Shown here: positions 46,791-62,000 of the stretch, piece after piece
Layout of the letters: every line of letters begins with the position of its first letter
How positions within the stretch are numbered: the first letter of the stretch is position 1
DNA from: the human T2T-CHM13v2.0 reference genome, Homo sapiens
DNA: 64,000 nt
Assembly (NCBI RefSeq): GCF_009914755.1
Contig: NC_060946.1
Strand: one strand, 5' to 3'
Notes under the pieces: generated by a model
What the model saw: only the letters and a program-made list of their open reading frames with translations
Database searches by the model: none
Told to the model about the DNA's origin: nothing
Program-made: the position numbers and the translations under genes

Positions 46791-48271
46791 TCCCGTAGTA
46801 AACCTCCCACTGAGGTAGGCAAGCCTCGCCTTGCAGAGAGTGGCAAATTAGGGAAAAAAGAATCAAATGTGCTTGAGTTTAACAGAACATATACATTATA
46901 CTTAAAGAGAAAGATACTTTTCTTACAAAAAGTTTGAGGACAAATGAGACTTCATGTGATGCGTCTTGCACTAAAAAAAAAAAGTTAGATTATATAAGCC
47001 AGACTGGCGTTGATTAAAGAAGAGCAAGGTAATAAATACGCATAAGAAGAAGGAAGTGGCTGGCTCTACCTTGGGCATCACCCAAGTTACAGGCAGGGGA
47101 GGGGATAGGCCCTGCATGGGGACAGTCTCCTGACTTGTCTTCTTCCTTCTCTACTTCCCTCCCTTCACTACCCCTCCCTCCAAAACCCAAAAAACCTTAA
47201 GCAGGAAAAAAGGGAGCTAATTAAAAAAGAGAAAAACATCCTTGAGACCAATGAAGTCTCCATAATCCACAGTGACAGACAGGGACCTGCAGAACAGCAA
47301 TTTGATTAAATAAGGATATAAGGGATTTAAAAGGACTCTCCAGTTGTGTAAAGTGTGTCCATACGTCTGAAAAATACCGTATTTATTTGGCTCCCAAACC
47401 TGAAAACCTTCTGACGGGGGAGATTGTTCCCATTTGGAAACTAGGAAGAAATCACAAGGCAAGGCCATGGGGTTCTGGCAGGGCTGGGGATCCCATGTTG
47501 GGTGGAAACCCCAAGAAGCCAGCCAAGGGTCTGCAGGAGGGGCCCTGGCAGAGAGAAGCATTAGAATGCAAGGGCAGGTAAAGCCACCCTCACAGAAGGT
47601 GACTGTGGGCTGAGCCTGAGGCCCTTCCCAGATGGGGAAGAGAGAACAGCACACCTCTCCTGCCCACGCCTCGGTATCTCACTCAAGAATCAGCTGCCCG
47701 TTAGTCACCTGTCATCGGAGACAGCTCTGTTGGCGGCTTTCAGAAAAAGCGAAGCAGCCAGAGGATGAATCGTTATTCGGGGAACACACCTGCACACAGG
47801 ACAGGAATGGATGGGAGTGGGGAGCGCCCTGGGGCTACTGTTCAAACGCCATCCTCATGGTCTCCAAGACTTGCATCAGCAGCTCAGCCGCTGATGAATT
47901 ATAATTCTCGGACAAGCTGCAGAGGCCCCCCTCGTTCCATGTGTTCACCCCTGCCGCTCATACTGGGGGATTTATGCTTCCTGGGGCTAGGAGGAGAAAA
48001 TAATGAGTCACTGGGGACAAGAGAAAAACAAAAATGCCCTGTATGTGCAAAACCACCTAAAATGGAGGCTTTTAGAGGACACTCAAATCCCAGCCAACTA
48101 GCCAGAAAGGGTTTTGCTGGGGGTATATTTTATGTGTCTTTGCTATCTTTGGATGCAGTAAAGCCAGAAATGTTTATATCTCTTGGAGGGATCACCTGTG
48201 CAAACAGGACAGGTCCTCTTGAGAAGGCTGTTTGTTCTCCTGGGATCTCGAACCTGAGAAGAAATGGTCCT

Positions 48272-48639
<368 letters not shown>

Positions 48640-48654
48640 CTAAAGCAGAGGATC

Positions 48655-48912
48655 CTTTGGGAGGCTGAGGCAGGTGATCATCTGAGGTCAGGAGTTCAAG
48701 ACCAGCCTGGCCAGCATGGCGAAACCCCATCTCTACTAAAAATATAAAAATTAGCGGACCGTGGTGGGCTGTACCTGTAATCTCAGCTACTCGGGAAGCT
48801 GAGGCATGAGAATTGCTTGAGCCTGGGAGGTGGAGGTTGCAGTGAGCTGAGATTGTGCCACTGCCCTCCAGCCTGGGTGACAGGGCAACTCCATCTCAAA
48901 GTAAATAAGTAA
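48655..48912 (+). mobile_element. AluS, 5' truncated
   Basis: Starts at ctttgggagg; TSD taaagcagagga shows truncation occurred at insertion. Confidence 0.9.
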
Positions 48913-50483
48913 AGCAGAGGACCCTGATGGCCACCCCCAAGTTCATAGCTACCTGCACACTTTATGTGGTGAAGCACTGGTGGGGGGCCCAGGAAGCCCT
49001 GCATGAGTTGGTTGTAGCTGCCATGATTCCAACTCCCACGCCACCCTCTGCACCTAGCCACAGAGCCGCATCTCCAGAGAAAACCAGAAGCAAGACCCCA
49101 CCAAAAAAGAATGTGAGAGTCTATTTTAAAGGCTCCGGAAGATGAGTTAGAAGTGATTCAAGAGCAGGCACAGTAAAGGAATATGTAAGCCTTGGTAGAC
49201 ATTCAGTAAGAAGGGTAACATTTCCAACATGACCAGCTGATTAACAGGTATTCTCTAAGCAGGGTGTCTGCTGGTTTAGAATAGAGCAAAAATATTGTCA
49301 TCTGAGAGCCCAAAATGGGGAAAGGCTACTCCTTGGTCTCTTGGTGAGGCCCAGCCTGTTTTGTTTTTTGTTTGTTTTTTTTTTTTTTTTCACTTTCCCA
49401 CTTTATTTTCAGAATAGATTGATTTGGGTCTCTAGAAGAATATTTAAGCAGTGGCTTACAGGCGAGCCATAAGGTAGTTGTCCGTTCTATGCTTACAAAT
49501 TTTCAAGAAGGGCCATCTGTAACCTTTCTCAGTTTCCTGTTCCTATGTCCAATGCCCAATAAGAGGTAATAAACTAAGGCAGAAAGGCCCCAAACACAGA
49601 TGTAAGATGCAGAGCAAAGAATAACACACAGTAGGGGTTTCAATACAGGATCATTAACCCAGAATCCAAGCAGGAGTGAGGGAAGTCCACTCAGGAGGAA
49701 TGGGAACCACCTCTCCAGGCTGCTCAGGAGGAATTTAAGCATCAGACAGTGTGTAGGAGAAGATGACCACGAATTCTTTGACATCTAAGCAATTCTGTAT
49801 TTTAAAGGTTTGAGTCTTTGAAATGTTAAAATTGATGCGCCTTAAAACTCATGAGAGACAATGAAGACAATCACCGAACCTGTCTAGTTAAAGGTTACCG
49901 GGACTCAAGATGCAAAGAAAAGTTACGAGATGGAATTGATGGTTTGGGGTGCACCATTGCCCTCTATTGGATTTTAAATAAATCAGACCTCTTAGTGTAG
50001 GTATGTTGCACTATCTCTGGCTGAGTTTGCTGAGAAGTCAGGGCACCTCTGAGTGGGAAGTTAATTGATCCTTTTAAATGGCTCCTTCTGTCTCCTGCTC
50101 CTTCCCTGAGGAAATCAACCAGAGTAATGCTGAGGGCAGGTCATTTGCATGTCTTCATTCATCCAACAAACATTTCCTGGCTGCCTGCTAAGCCCGGGCT
50201 AGGCATTGTAGAGAATCTAAGAAAAAATAACAACTGCCATTCGTTGGACACCTACTGTGTATCAGAGTCTACGCATTAATACAGAACAACCCCACGGAGT
50301 AACTCTGGTGACTCCCATCCCACGGATGTGGAAATAGGACACTCAGGAAGTGGCACATTTTGGATTCAAATCCAGGTTCGTCTACTACTAGGCCTATATT
50401 CTGTCCACTAAACTACAACTTTTCCCCTTAAGAAGTTTATAAACTATTAGGGGGAGATAGGATATAGATATAAATGTATATAT

Positions 50484-50808
50484 CAGGGTTTGACAAACTA
50501 CAGCCAGTGGGCCAAATTCAGCCCATCATGTGTTTTTGACCTTGAGCTAATTTACATTTTTACATGGTTGAAAAAAATATCAAAAGAATAATAATACTTC
50601 CTGTCATGTAAAAATGCTATGAAATTCAAATCTCAGGGTCCACAAATAAAGTTTTATGGGAACCCTGCTATGCCCATTCATTTACCATCATCTAAGGCCA
50701 CCTTCCTGGCTACAAAAACACGGCGAGTCATTGTGACAGAGACTAGATGGCCAACAAAGCCAAAATATTTACTCTCTGGCTCTGCACAGAAAAGGTCTGA
50801 CAATTCCA
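50484..50808. mobile_element. MER58-family hAT element
   Basis: cagggtttgacaaactacagcc...ggccaaattcagccca ... aagccaaaatatttactctctggc...acagaaaaggtctgaca. Confidence 0.8.
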
Positions 50809-51486
50809 CATCTGTACTCCAAGGTGAAATGTTCTATATCAACAGGAGAGGTGTTTTTTTTTTTTGTCTGTTTGTTTTGTTAAGTGCTTGAGGAGTTCAG
50901 AGGAGGGGAAACAAATGTTTATTTGGCCCACAGTGTGCAGAGCTGGAGGGGATAGGCAGGTGTGCTCTGTTTTAAGACTCAATGCATGAAAACCCTGACT
51001 TTAAAACAGATAAATTAAAAGGTAGTTATTTGCATAACAAATTTTCCTTTCATTTTATAAAGCGATTCACCACAGGGTTCCTTTATAGAGTGAGCCTCCA
51101 TAATACATGCTAATATGATTCCATTTACAAATACTCTATTCATTATAACTTTTCAAGAATATACCTATTGTGTACAGTGAGGCTTAACTGTAATCATTTT
51201 TCCTGGCAGTATAAGGTTTCCTACTTCTGAAAAGTGATTAAGCTGACCTTGTCAATTCGACTGGGGGAGGAGGCACTCTCCTCTACTGTCTCCGAGAGGG
51301 GCTTTACCTGTCGAACAACAAGGCTGTGGATTCTGTCTCTGCATTGTGTGATGTTGAGTAGCTGGTATAATTTTACATTTTCACTAAGCTCCTCTCAGTA
51401 GTAGCAGCAGCCAAAGTCCTAAAGTGTAAACTACTCTCACTATTCTCTTACTTCATTTCGTATACAAGATACACTAATAAAAATTA

Positions 51487-51800
<314 letters not shown>

Positions 51801-52585
51801 TTAATTTTGTTGCTGATGTCCTGACAAATATGTGACAAGCAATTCTTGTAAAAAGCAATGTTTCCCTCTCTTTTTAAAAAATTTCAAGACATTATCTTAT
51901 CTGAATTACAACATAAACTGGGGCAAGTATTCAGATTAGAGCTCTCCCCAGCAAAATAGGAAGTGATAGCAATTTAGGACCTGTCTCCTTCTCTCACTGG
52001 GTCCTGAGCCTGAATCTTCACATAGCTTTGTGGTGTTATGCAATTGCCCTTTGTAAGAGATACATAAAATGGAAACCTTAGCTATTCATAGCCAACTTAG
52101 GAGGAGCTGAATTTGATCAAGAAGTTTCTTGCCGGGTGCCATTTTGATGGTAACTACGTGTTTCTGAACAAATCCACTTATAATCTGGGTTTCCAATGGA
52201 GGTTATTTTAAAGAGCTGTAGCATGGCTTTTGTTTTCATCCTCTGTGGTGGCTATATTTTAGAAGTAGACAAGCATTCCTGGTATATAGCCTGAATATTT
52301 TTTAAGATTTTTTTGGTAGTAAAAGAAGCTCACATGGAAAGGCAAGGGTAGAAAAAATCATGTTCAGGGCAGTCCTGTGTGGCATTACCCTCTGGTGAAG
52401 CAGATCCACACTGCATGCTGCTAATGGCTATTGCGTGACAGCTCTTAAAGGGGTAAGCGAGAGAGGTGCAGAGGGCTGGTGAGAAGCAGAGCTAGCACTG
52501 AGGCCCTACAAATGGCATCACCATCTATCAGGTTGGCGGGGTGGGGGTTGGGGGCTGCTGCTGGAGGTGGTTTGGCTGCCCCTAG

Positions 52586-53107
<522 letters not shown>

Positions 53108-54830
53108 TAAATTGTTGCTACCCAGTTTATATCTGCATCATATTTTTTGTTGTTGTTTCTCCAATGCAGTATGTAGTGGTGGCAGGTACAGATCATAAAA
53201 CAAATGGATAATCAGATTCCTTTTTCCCTGGTGGTAATTTTTAAACTTTTCAAAATTAATGCTAATGGATATAGAGGAATGGGATATACATTTCCATGCA
53301 TTTTTATGACCAAACAGAAAACCGACCCCTGAGGGTGACATATTTACTATTCTCTACTACTAGGGGTGCTTCAAGGGAAGAGTTTTTGAAGCCCTGTGGT
53401 TTAAACAAAAAGAGAACATACCCCACCCCACCCTGAACAAACAGCAGCTGGGCAGATTTCATCTCACAAATGGAAATGGGAGCAAACAAATTTTTTCAAA
53501 GCGATTTTATAAAGAGTGGGCCTGTTTAGTTGGGTTTTTTGAGCCAGGATTAATATTACAAGCTGGGGAGCTCTGTGACATGGCTGTGTCGTTGGCTTTG
53601 CCATACCGCCTACCTCCTGGGGGAAGGCAGAGGAAAGTGCTGCTATTCAGAAGCAATTTTACTTCTGCCTCGGCCTTCTCACTTCTCACTGAAGTGATTT
53701 ACAGCCAGCCTGGACCCAGTGCCCAAGCCTGAGCTGAGTTACATGTCATGTTGGAAAGATCTTCCCCAAATCAAGGTCTTATCTAGAGCTTGCCTGGGAT
53801 ATTTTTTCATTTCTAATTTATGTAACTTTCTAATATGTTTAGCATTTGCCCTTCCCTTGTCTCCATCCTGCTTATTAAGGTGAATTTGCATACAAATGGG
53901 ACCTTGGTCTTCAGGACCATTCACCTGACACTTGATCCCACGAGGCGACCACTGTCTACTGTTGATACCATGAGGATGACCCACAGAAGTCATGTCTCTC
54001 TGCAAACTAGAGGCAAGGCCTTAATTAGAAGAAGCCTTGTGTGTTAAAATGATGGGGTGAATCAAATCAGCAAAGGCATTTAGCATTAACTTAGGAGGGC
54101 AGAATACTCCTTCCTGTTGAGTGGGTCGTCCTAGGTCACAACAATTTTAATTTGCCTTCGATAGATGGATCTTGAAGAAAGTGTACAAAAAGTATATTTG
54201 TGATGGTGTTGTTTGGGAGTACGTTTTGACTCAAAGAGTTAACTGTGACATTTTACTTTGGCTCCTGGTCTATTTTTTGCTTAACATCTACCTTTGAATG
54301 GGTAATAGTCATCTCTATAAATTACCTTCGAAAGATTGAACAATTGTGGAGAATCAGAGAAATGAGCCCCTTGCTATCACCCTGTTGCAGTCGGCTTTAA
54401 TCCTCTGATCTCCTGGCGTTTCACCCTCTCACTGGCAGCCACCTTCCTTATTTACCCAAATCTTGTTAACTTGGGTAGGAATTCCCACTGAGAGGACAAA
54501 TGTGGTCCCAGTTGACTGGTCGCTGAAAGTCTATTAGGTTGGAGAGTATTTATTTTCTACCCTAAAGGGTTTGAAACTTAGGGAAATTTTGATCAACAAG
54601 AAAATAACAGCTTTCAAGATTGTCCTGACAGTTAAGCTGTCTTAGCAGAGAATCACAGGATTTGATAGTCATGGAGATTAGTTCTCAAATTTCAATGAGA
54701 AAAGTTCATAGGAGATGGAGTGAGGAAAGAAAACTTGTGCTGATTTTGGTCAGGCTACCTTTGCTGGGGAAAAATTCATTCCATAAAATTATTTTAAAAC
54801 GTAAATACTATTTAGCTTTATCTGGTGTAA

Positions 54831-55164
<334 letters not shown>

Positions 55165-55619
55165 TGATTTAACCTTGCAACTTTATTAATTGAATATTAT
55201 GATCACCATTTTATAGATGAGGAAATGGAGACTCCAAGGGTTTAATTACTTGCCCAAGAGTCTACAGCTATCTACCAACAAAACTGGGATTGGAGCCAGC
55301 TGTCTTACCATTACATCCCCGCTGCCTCCTAAAGCACAGCTCTAGTTCATACTAAATGTATTACATAGGCCGACTCATTTATCTTTACATGGGTCTCATG
55401 CATTACAAGAAGGGGGCCACTATTTTAACTCAATTCAAAAATGTTAAAATCAAAATTCCCAAAATGTACTTGGTTTATAATATATCATAAAATAAGTAAT
55501 CTGACCAATTGAGCCTCCCAACTCGAAGACCAAGAACTTCTTTCTACTCCCAAACCATGCAGAAGGAAGCTGAGTTCCCCACTGGCCAATGCTGTCTAAT
55601 TCTCTTAAATGATTCAGAT

Positions 55620-55800
55620 GTAAAAGAGGAAATGGCATCCGTCTAATTAACACTGCCTGGTTAAATATAGCTGCCAAGGGACAGCCTTGGGACAGTGTTT
55701 ACAGAATAGTCTTTCCAGCCCCTCAGGCCTCAAGTTACAGATGATAGCAAGCCTTCCCTCCTTATCAGCTGCAAACAGAGATGCCCCCAAAAGTGGTGTC
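55620..55800 (+). promoter_or_regulatory. GRAP2: Candidate proximal GATA/E-box promoter or enhancer upstream of the first coding exon
   Basis: CAGATGATAG (55738-55747) and CTTATCAGCTG (55761-55771); ETS-like AGGAAA (55627-55632); repeat-free sequence up to the exon. Confidence 0.45.
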
Positions 55801-56083
55801 AGGCCAGGATGATGAAAGGAGAAGGGAAAGGCTGCGGATGGCCTTCATTTCCTGCTCCTGGCATCTGGGGATTCCGAGAATGATCCCAGGACCTAGATCC
55901 TATAGATTCCGGCAGCTCTTCCTGCAAACACAAGCCCTTGTTGTGTGCCTGAGCCTTGCTCTCCGGCCTGGAGACATCCATCTGCCCACTCTCCTAGGAA
56001 CTGCTGATTACCAGGAAGCACCATCGGCTCTGCTGCCCTCCCCCTGGCAGAGAGGCACAATGACCACATTATTTCTCTTCCAG

Positions 56084-56175
56084 CTTCACGTTACAGCATG
56101 GAAGCTGTTGCCAAGTTTGATTTCACTGCTTCAGGTGAGGATGAACTGAGCTTTCACACTGGAGATGTTTTGAAG
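56084..56175 (+). other. GRAP2: GRAP2 exon 2 (14 nt UTR + 78 nt CDS)
   Basis: Acceptor atttctcttccag| at 56083/56084; donor AAG|GTAGGT at 56175/56176. Confidence 0.92.
56098..56175 (+). CDS. GRAP2: GRB2-related adaptor protein 2 (GADS/Mona), first coding exon, aa 1-26 of the N-terminal SH3 domain; partial, continues beyond the window
   Basis: Translates to MEAVAKFDFTASGEDELSFHTGDVLK (SH3 signature AKFDF...DELSF..GD.L); strong Kozak agcATGG; phase-0 intron after codon 26, as in GRB2. Confidence 0.97.
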
Positions 56176-56947
56176 GTAGGTGACCTGGGGCCCCAGGGGA
56201 GCAGTAGGGAGTTTCAGTTACTCAGTAATCTGACAGTCCCTGCCTTTGTCTCTTAAGAACTGCATGTGGTTCCTTTTAAAAAGAGAAGTTCACCTTGATT
56301 CCCTTTGTGCACCCTTATACCAGACACCAACCAGGCCGGGTGATGGAAATACAGTCGGCATAAGCCACCATCCTTGTCCTGGGAGGTTCGTAGTCTGGAG
56401 AGGGGAACACATCCACCCAAAGGGCTGTTACAGATGTTCTTGGCTAAGTTCTCAGGGAGCACAGGTGAGGGAACAAGTGATTCCATCTTGAAAGATGGGG
56501 GTTGTAGGAGTGTGTGCAATGTGAACGTCAGGAATGCACTGAAGGTGACTTGGGCTTTTAGCTAAAGCTCAGAGATGTGCAAGCCCATGCTGAATGCAGG
56601 GAGCAGCGCCAGGCTCAGCAGAGCTGGAACTCAGGAGGAGAGGTTGTGGGTGGAGACAGCTTGGGAAAGGCAGCCACAGAGGACATGGCTCAACAAAGGC
56701 CATGCACACCTGGCCACTCAGGGGCTTTTTAAAGCTTGTCCTCATCCTGCACTTGAGTTGTAGTGGCCACTTGCTGAGCTGAAGTGGCCTTGGACTTCTC
56801 CCACATTCATGCACCATACTTTCAGACTCTGCATCTTAGCCCTTGGGTTTTTGTTTTGTTTTGTTTGTTTGCAAAAGAGCATAAGCCCTTCAAAAGGGCA
56901 TTTGGGAGTGTGTGGAGCCAGACCCCCTCTGCCTGACCTCAGAGCAC

Positions 56948-57022
56948 CCTCAGATAGCCTGATCCCTGGTCCTCAGATAGCCTGATCCCTGGTCCTCAGA
57001 TAGCCTGATCCCTGGTCCTCAG
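56948..57022. repeat. Perfect 23-bp tandem repeat x3.3 (CCTCAGATAGCCTGATCCCTGGT)
   Basis: Units at 56948, 56971 and 56994, plus a partial CCTCAG at 57017. Confidence 0.97.
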
Positions 57023-57469
57023 CAGTCCCAATGAGCCTTCTCGGACGCCCAGCAACACTGAGGCCATTAGTGTCTCACCACCGAGAATTAGGTTTGTTAT
57101 ACAAAGAACCTTGTCAGCATGTGAGAGGGTGACATTGAAAGTGTCTGAGGAGCACAAAACACCACAGAATGGCTTCTTTTGGAATATGAACATGCCCATT
57201 AGGTAGCCTTCTAACTGCTCTCAACTTTCAAGATCTAGTAACATAGTGGCAAAGCATAGGCCTTCACAAACTTAAAATATGAGTTGGGCCTCCTGACCCA
57301 GGAAAACCTGTCTGTCACTGCTTTGGGGTCTTACGAAGCTCCTGGAGGGACTTGCCAAGCAGCGAGAAGTTCCTGCCTTCTCTGTGGGGCACTGTGATCA
57401 TGTGACTGTCATCCACTGGAGACCATCCTTGTACCAACTTCCACCCTCGTCTTCCATTACAAAGAGAAC

Positions 57470-59520
57470 CTGGTATCTTAAGTTTTCTCTATTCCTCAGA
57501 AAAGGAAAAAGGAAAGAAAAAAAAAAAAAACTTTGCTCAACTCTGCTTCCCAATCCAGCTCCTGATTTCTTTCCTCCCCTTTGTTGCTAATACTGGGAAG
57601 AATTCTCTACACTGGGCGTGCTTCACTTCCTCACTTCCCACTCATTCCACAACTCTCTGGAATCTGCCTTTTACCCTCCCTGCAACATTCTCTTGAAGTT
57701 CACCAGTGATCTCCTTAATGTGTAGTATAATGACCCTATGGAAATGTCTGTGGGATTGACACTGCTAACTGGCCCTCTCCTGGAAGCCCCTTTCTCCCTG
57801 GCTTTGGCAGCACCACCCTCTCCGGGTTCTTCTCCTCCCTTCCTGACCACTCCTACAGGTCTCATTTCCAAGCATTCTTTTTCCTCTCTTGATCCTGAAA
57901 TATACACTTCCCTGAAGGTGCTGCCTTTGGCTTTCTGATTTTTCTTCTCACTCTGAGCCACCTCATCCACTTCTTCAGCTGCAACTATCACCTCTGTGCC
58001 AAAGACCCTCAAGTCTGTGGCTCGTGTTCTAGCTCTGGCCTTGCTCTTGAACTCCAGACCCAGACTTCCAATTGTCTGCTGGATGTCCCCACATGAACTC
58101 CAGCCCCTAACTCAGGATGCCGAGAATCACTCAAACCCCCATGCCCATCTCACCCCCATTTCCACCCAAGCCACTCTTCTTTCCATGTTCTAATTATTAT
58201 CCTAGGTCAGTCACAAGCTAGAAGCCCCAATTATCATCAATGCCTCCTTTACCAAATCCTGGTGACCAGTAACCAACGTCTCCTGAGCTCCTGTTCAGGG
58301 CCAGGATCTAGCTAAGTGGTTTGCAGGCATGATTTCATCATCTCAGCAAACCTGTGAGGTAGGCATTCATTTCCCCTCCATTTCATAGATGAGAAACTGA
58401 GGCTAGGGATTAAATCACATGTCCACAGTCACACAGCTAGCATGTGACCAATCCAGGACCTGGACAGAACTCTGTCTGACTCCTAAGCACTAAACTCTGC
58501 TCTGAATGTATTTTTTTCCTCATATCTCTCAAGCAAGTCTCTTCTTCACCAGAAAGGAGTGTGAGGCAGTAAAAAGGAGCATAGACTTTGAGTCAGATGG
58601 ATCTGAGTTTGAATCCCAGCTTACTAACCATGGAGACTGGGGCCCAGTCATCTGCCCCCTTTGAGCTTTAGTGTCTTCCTCAGCAAGTGGAGGTAGTATC
58701 CATCTTGCCGGGTTGTGGAGAGGATTCGAGGTGATGACCCTGTCCCAACGTAGACGCCCAATAAATGGTGGCCCGCATTATCGGGATCATCCATCCCCGC
58801 TGCTTCTGACTGCTCAGATCATTGCCACAGCTCCTTGACTGACCTCATTACCTCTTGTCTTTTTCCTCCTTCACTCATTCTTCTTACTAGTCCCAGAGGG
58901 ATCTTTCCAGACAAATCAGATCATATCATTTCCTTGCTCAAAAGCATTCAGGGGTTTCCAATTACCAATTGATTGAGACTGAAAACATCTGGCCCCAAAC
59001 CACTGTCCAGTGTCATTATGCACATGTACACATGTGTGCACACACCCACACAGAGACATCTTTGTAGATGTAACGCCCCCAGGTTGCACTGCAATGTATA
59101 CACCGCCCTTTCTCAGCCTCTCCCCTATATACTCTGATTGCCCCTCTCCTACACACACATACTTGACCTCCTCTACCATGGAAACCTCGCTGGTCCTCTC
59201 CACTCCCTACCATCCCAGGGAAACAAATCACTCCCTCTTCAGCTCCTCCCCAACATTTCACATAAACTTCACTCATTTCCAGGCACTTATGACTTTGCCT
59301 CACATGGCAGCTATTTATAGGCAGGCCATGACCCTGTGGTCTCATGCACCCTCTATTTCTACCTCTCATTGCTGCCTTTGCCCCGTGGGATCCTAATTGC
59401 TCGTTTATGTGTTGTCTACTCCACTAGCAAAAGCTGTGCAAGGGCAGGGGCTGTTTCTGCCTCAATGTCTAGAAGAGCTGTGCCTAGAACTCCCTGACAC
59501 TTGACGAATGAATGAACTTT
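57470..59520 (+). mobile_element. L2 fragments interrupted by MIRs (~58290-58490 on -, ~58555-58775 on +)
   Basis: Pyrimidine-rich L2 motifs ending gacgaatgaatgaa; MIR cores atgagaaactgaggct and ctgagtttgaatcccagct. Confidence 0.6.
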
Positions 59521-60948
59521 CAATTCCTCTCCATTCCCTGAGAGCAATGTCATGCACGTGTGCACACAATGCCAGGTTCGTCTTTGTGTCTTCACAGCAT
59601 CTAACACAAGTCATGGCCCAAAATAGATGCCCAGTACATATTTCTTGAATTGCTAAATTGCATTTCTTCCTGTTCATTTAGAATTCCATTGGAAAGCCAA
59701 CCCCCTCCCTCTTTTCAAATTCTGTCCATTGCAGGTAAAGAGCAAAATGGGGAGGGCTTGTTGACTGAGCCCCACAGAATGTCTACAGGATGGTGATTGG
59801 TTCCCATGGCTGGGACTCCCCACATGTGATTGCAATGTCTGCCCCCCACCTTCCTCAATGGGTAACACACCCAGGATCCTCACAAATACTTTCAAAGCCA
59901 GCTCCTGACTACCCCAGCAATTCGCTTCTGGGATTCTCTGACTTGTTTGGCCTTTTGTGCTAAAGACTAAACAGAGGTTTTCATTAGAAAGGTACAAAAA
60001 AGTCTGAGCAGCCACCCACCCTCAACAGACCATCAGTTTCCTGGGGCAGAGGCCCCAGCTTATTTATCTCCATATTTCATGCACCTAAGTGCAATCAGCA
60101 GGTGCTCACTAGATGGTGATCTACACGGCATGTAGATCAAGATGGTGGACAGGAAAACGCTGCCAAATGACTTGATCCTGCTTCTCCTATGACGGAAACA
60201 TTTGGAAACTCAGGAATCAGATTTTTTTCCTATTCATGCCACAAACCACCATACCTGCAGCTACACACAGCACCAGCCTCACATTTGAATTTGCCATTAA
60301 ATTTGCCAGTAGCTTTGAAAAATATCTCTTGACCCAGTCCATTTCTGTCTCCTTCTGTAATGCAGCTAATGCGACCTCATTTCTTCCTGCTAAAATAGCA
60401 ACCTAAAAGCACTAAGAGTTAATTCCACATAATTCATTTCTTCAATACTTCAGATTTTTGCTATGTTTCTAAAAGCTACAATTTCATCCAATTTAAAAAT
60501 TCTTCCAGCCGTAATTTGGCCCTTCTCTTCCCACGTCTAACTTATTCACAGGCCATGTAACCCAAAAAATCATCTCTTAGGGAACATTATAAGAATTAAG
60601 AAACAGTCAAGAGTAAAACTTCAAGTGTTCAGGCTGAACGCCTTGCTCAGGTTTACACGATGGGTACACGAGATAGGGGGAACCGAACAGATGGAGAGAT
60701 GAGAAGAACAGGAAGTGTGGGGCCCTGGGCCCACAACGGCAGGAGGAAACCATCTCCCCTCCCCTCAAATACTTTTCTTTGCAGAAAATGAGAATTTTTT
60801 TTAAAAAAAAACCTCACCTTCTATACATGGTAAAGAGCCTGCAAATTCACCTCTCTAGAAACACAGTGTTAGGCAGACCAAGCACCAGGTGGCGGAGAGA
60901 AATGGCTGGCATTGTGGGATAATCTTTCAGTTTCTAGAGGAGGTCTGA

Positions 60949-61345
<397 letters not shown>

Positions 61346-61839
61346 TAGTTTCCAAATGGCCTCTTTTACCCCTTTCTGTGTGACATTTGCTACCCTGGCC
61401 AAACACCACATTCCCATGTGACGGGAGAAAGGAATTCCAATGCCATGAATTCAGAAGCGATGGATGGAGTGCAGTGTGCTCTTGTGTTTTTACGTGGCTA
61501 CGAGGCGCTGCTGCTGGGTTTCCTAGTTCTTTTGACCTAGATTTTCTGCTTCCTCCCTTGCCCCCTCAGCACACACATACCCACATGTCCTTAGTGACAC
61601 CAGCAGTCACATTTGATGTTAGAAACTATAAAGTTTTCTGTTCTCAGCAATCTCAAACTCAAATATGGGACACACTTTTATTCCTTCAGAATAAATGACT
61701 AAATTCAAAACATACACACATAATGCTTTAAAGAACGTATAAACCCTTCCATGTCCTATTCAGAGCTGGAGGCCTCCCTCATAAGAATACCACATTTGAT
61801 GGAATTGTATTTTTTGAAAAGAGTCTACACTTTCTGAAG

Positions 61840-62000
61840 GACTTTCAGGTACCAGGGCTCATTTGATCCTCACATCAGCTCTGTGAGGTGCTAGGTGGCT
61901 ATTATTATCTCCATTTTTCAAATGGCTGATTGACTTGGCCAAGATCACATATCTAGTGATGGAGCCAAGCTAGAAACCAGGTCTTCTCGTTCCCAACTCA
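61840..62000 (-). mobile_element. MIR
   Basis: ctcatttgatcctcaca...attattatctccattttt...gacttggccaagatcaca. Confidence 0.7.

Noticed and set aside
55781-56149. 122-aa ORF over the GRAP2 exon
   Set aside because: Wrong frame; the real CDS starts at 56098 in another frame
56948-57022. CRISPR-like array
   Set aside because: Contiguous units without spacers in primate DNA; it is a minisatellite
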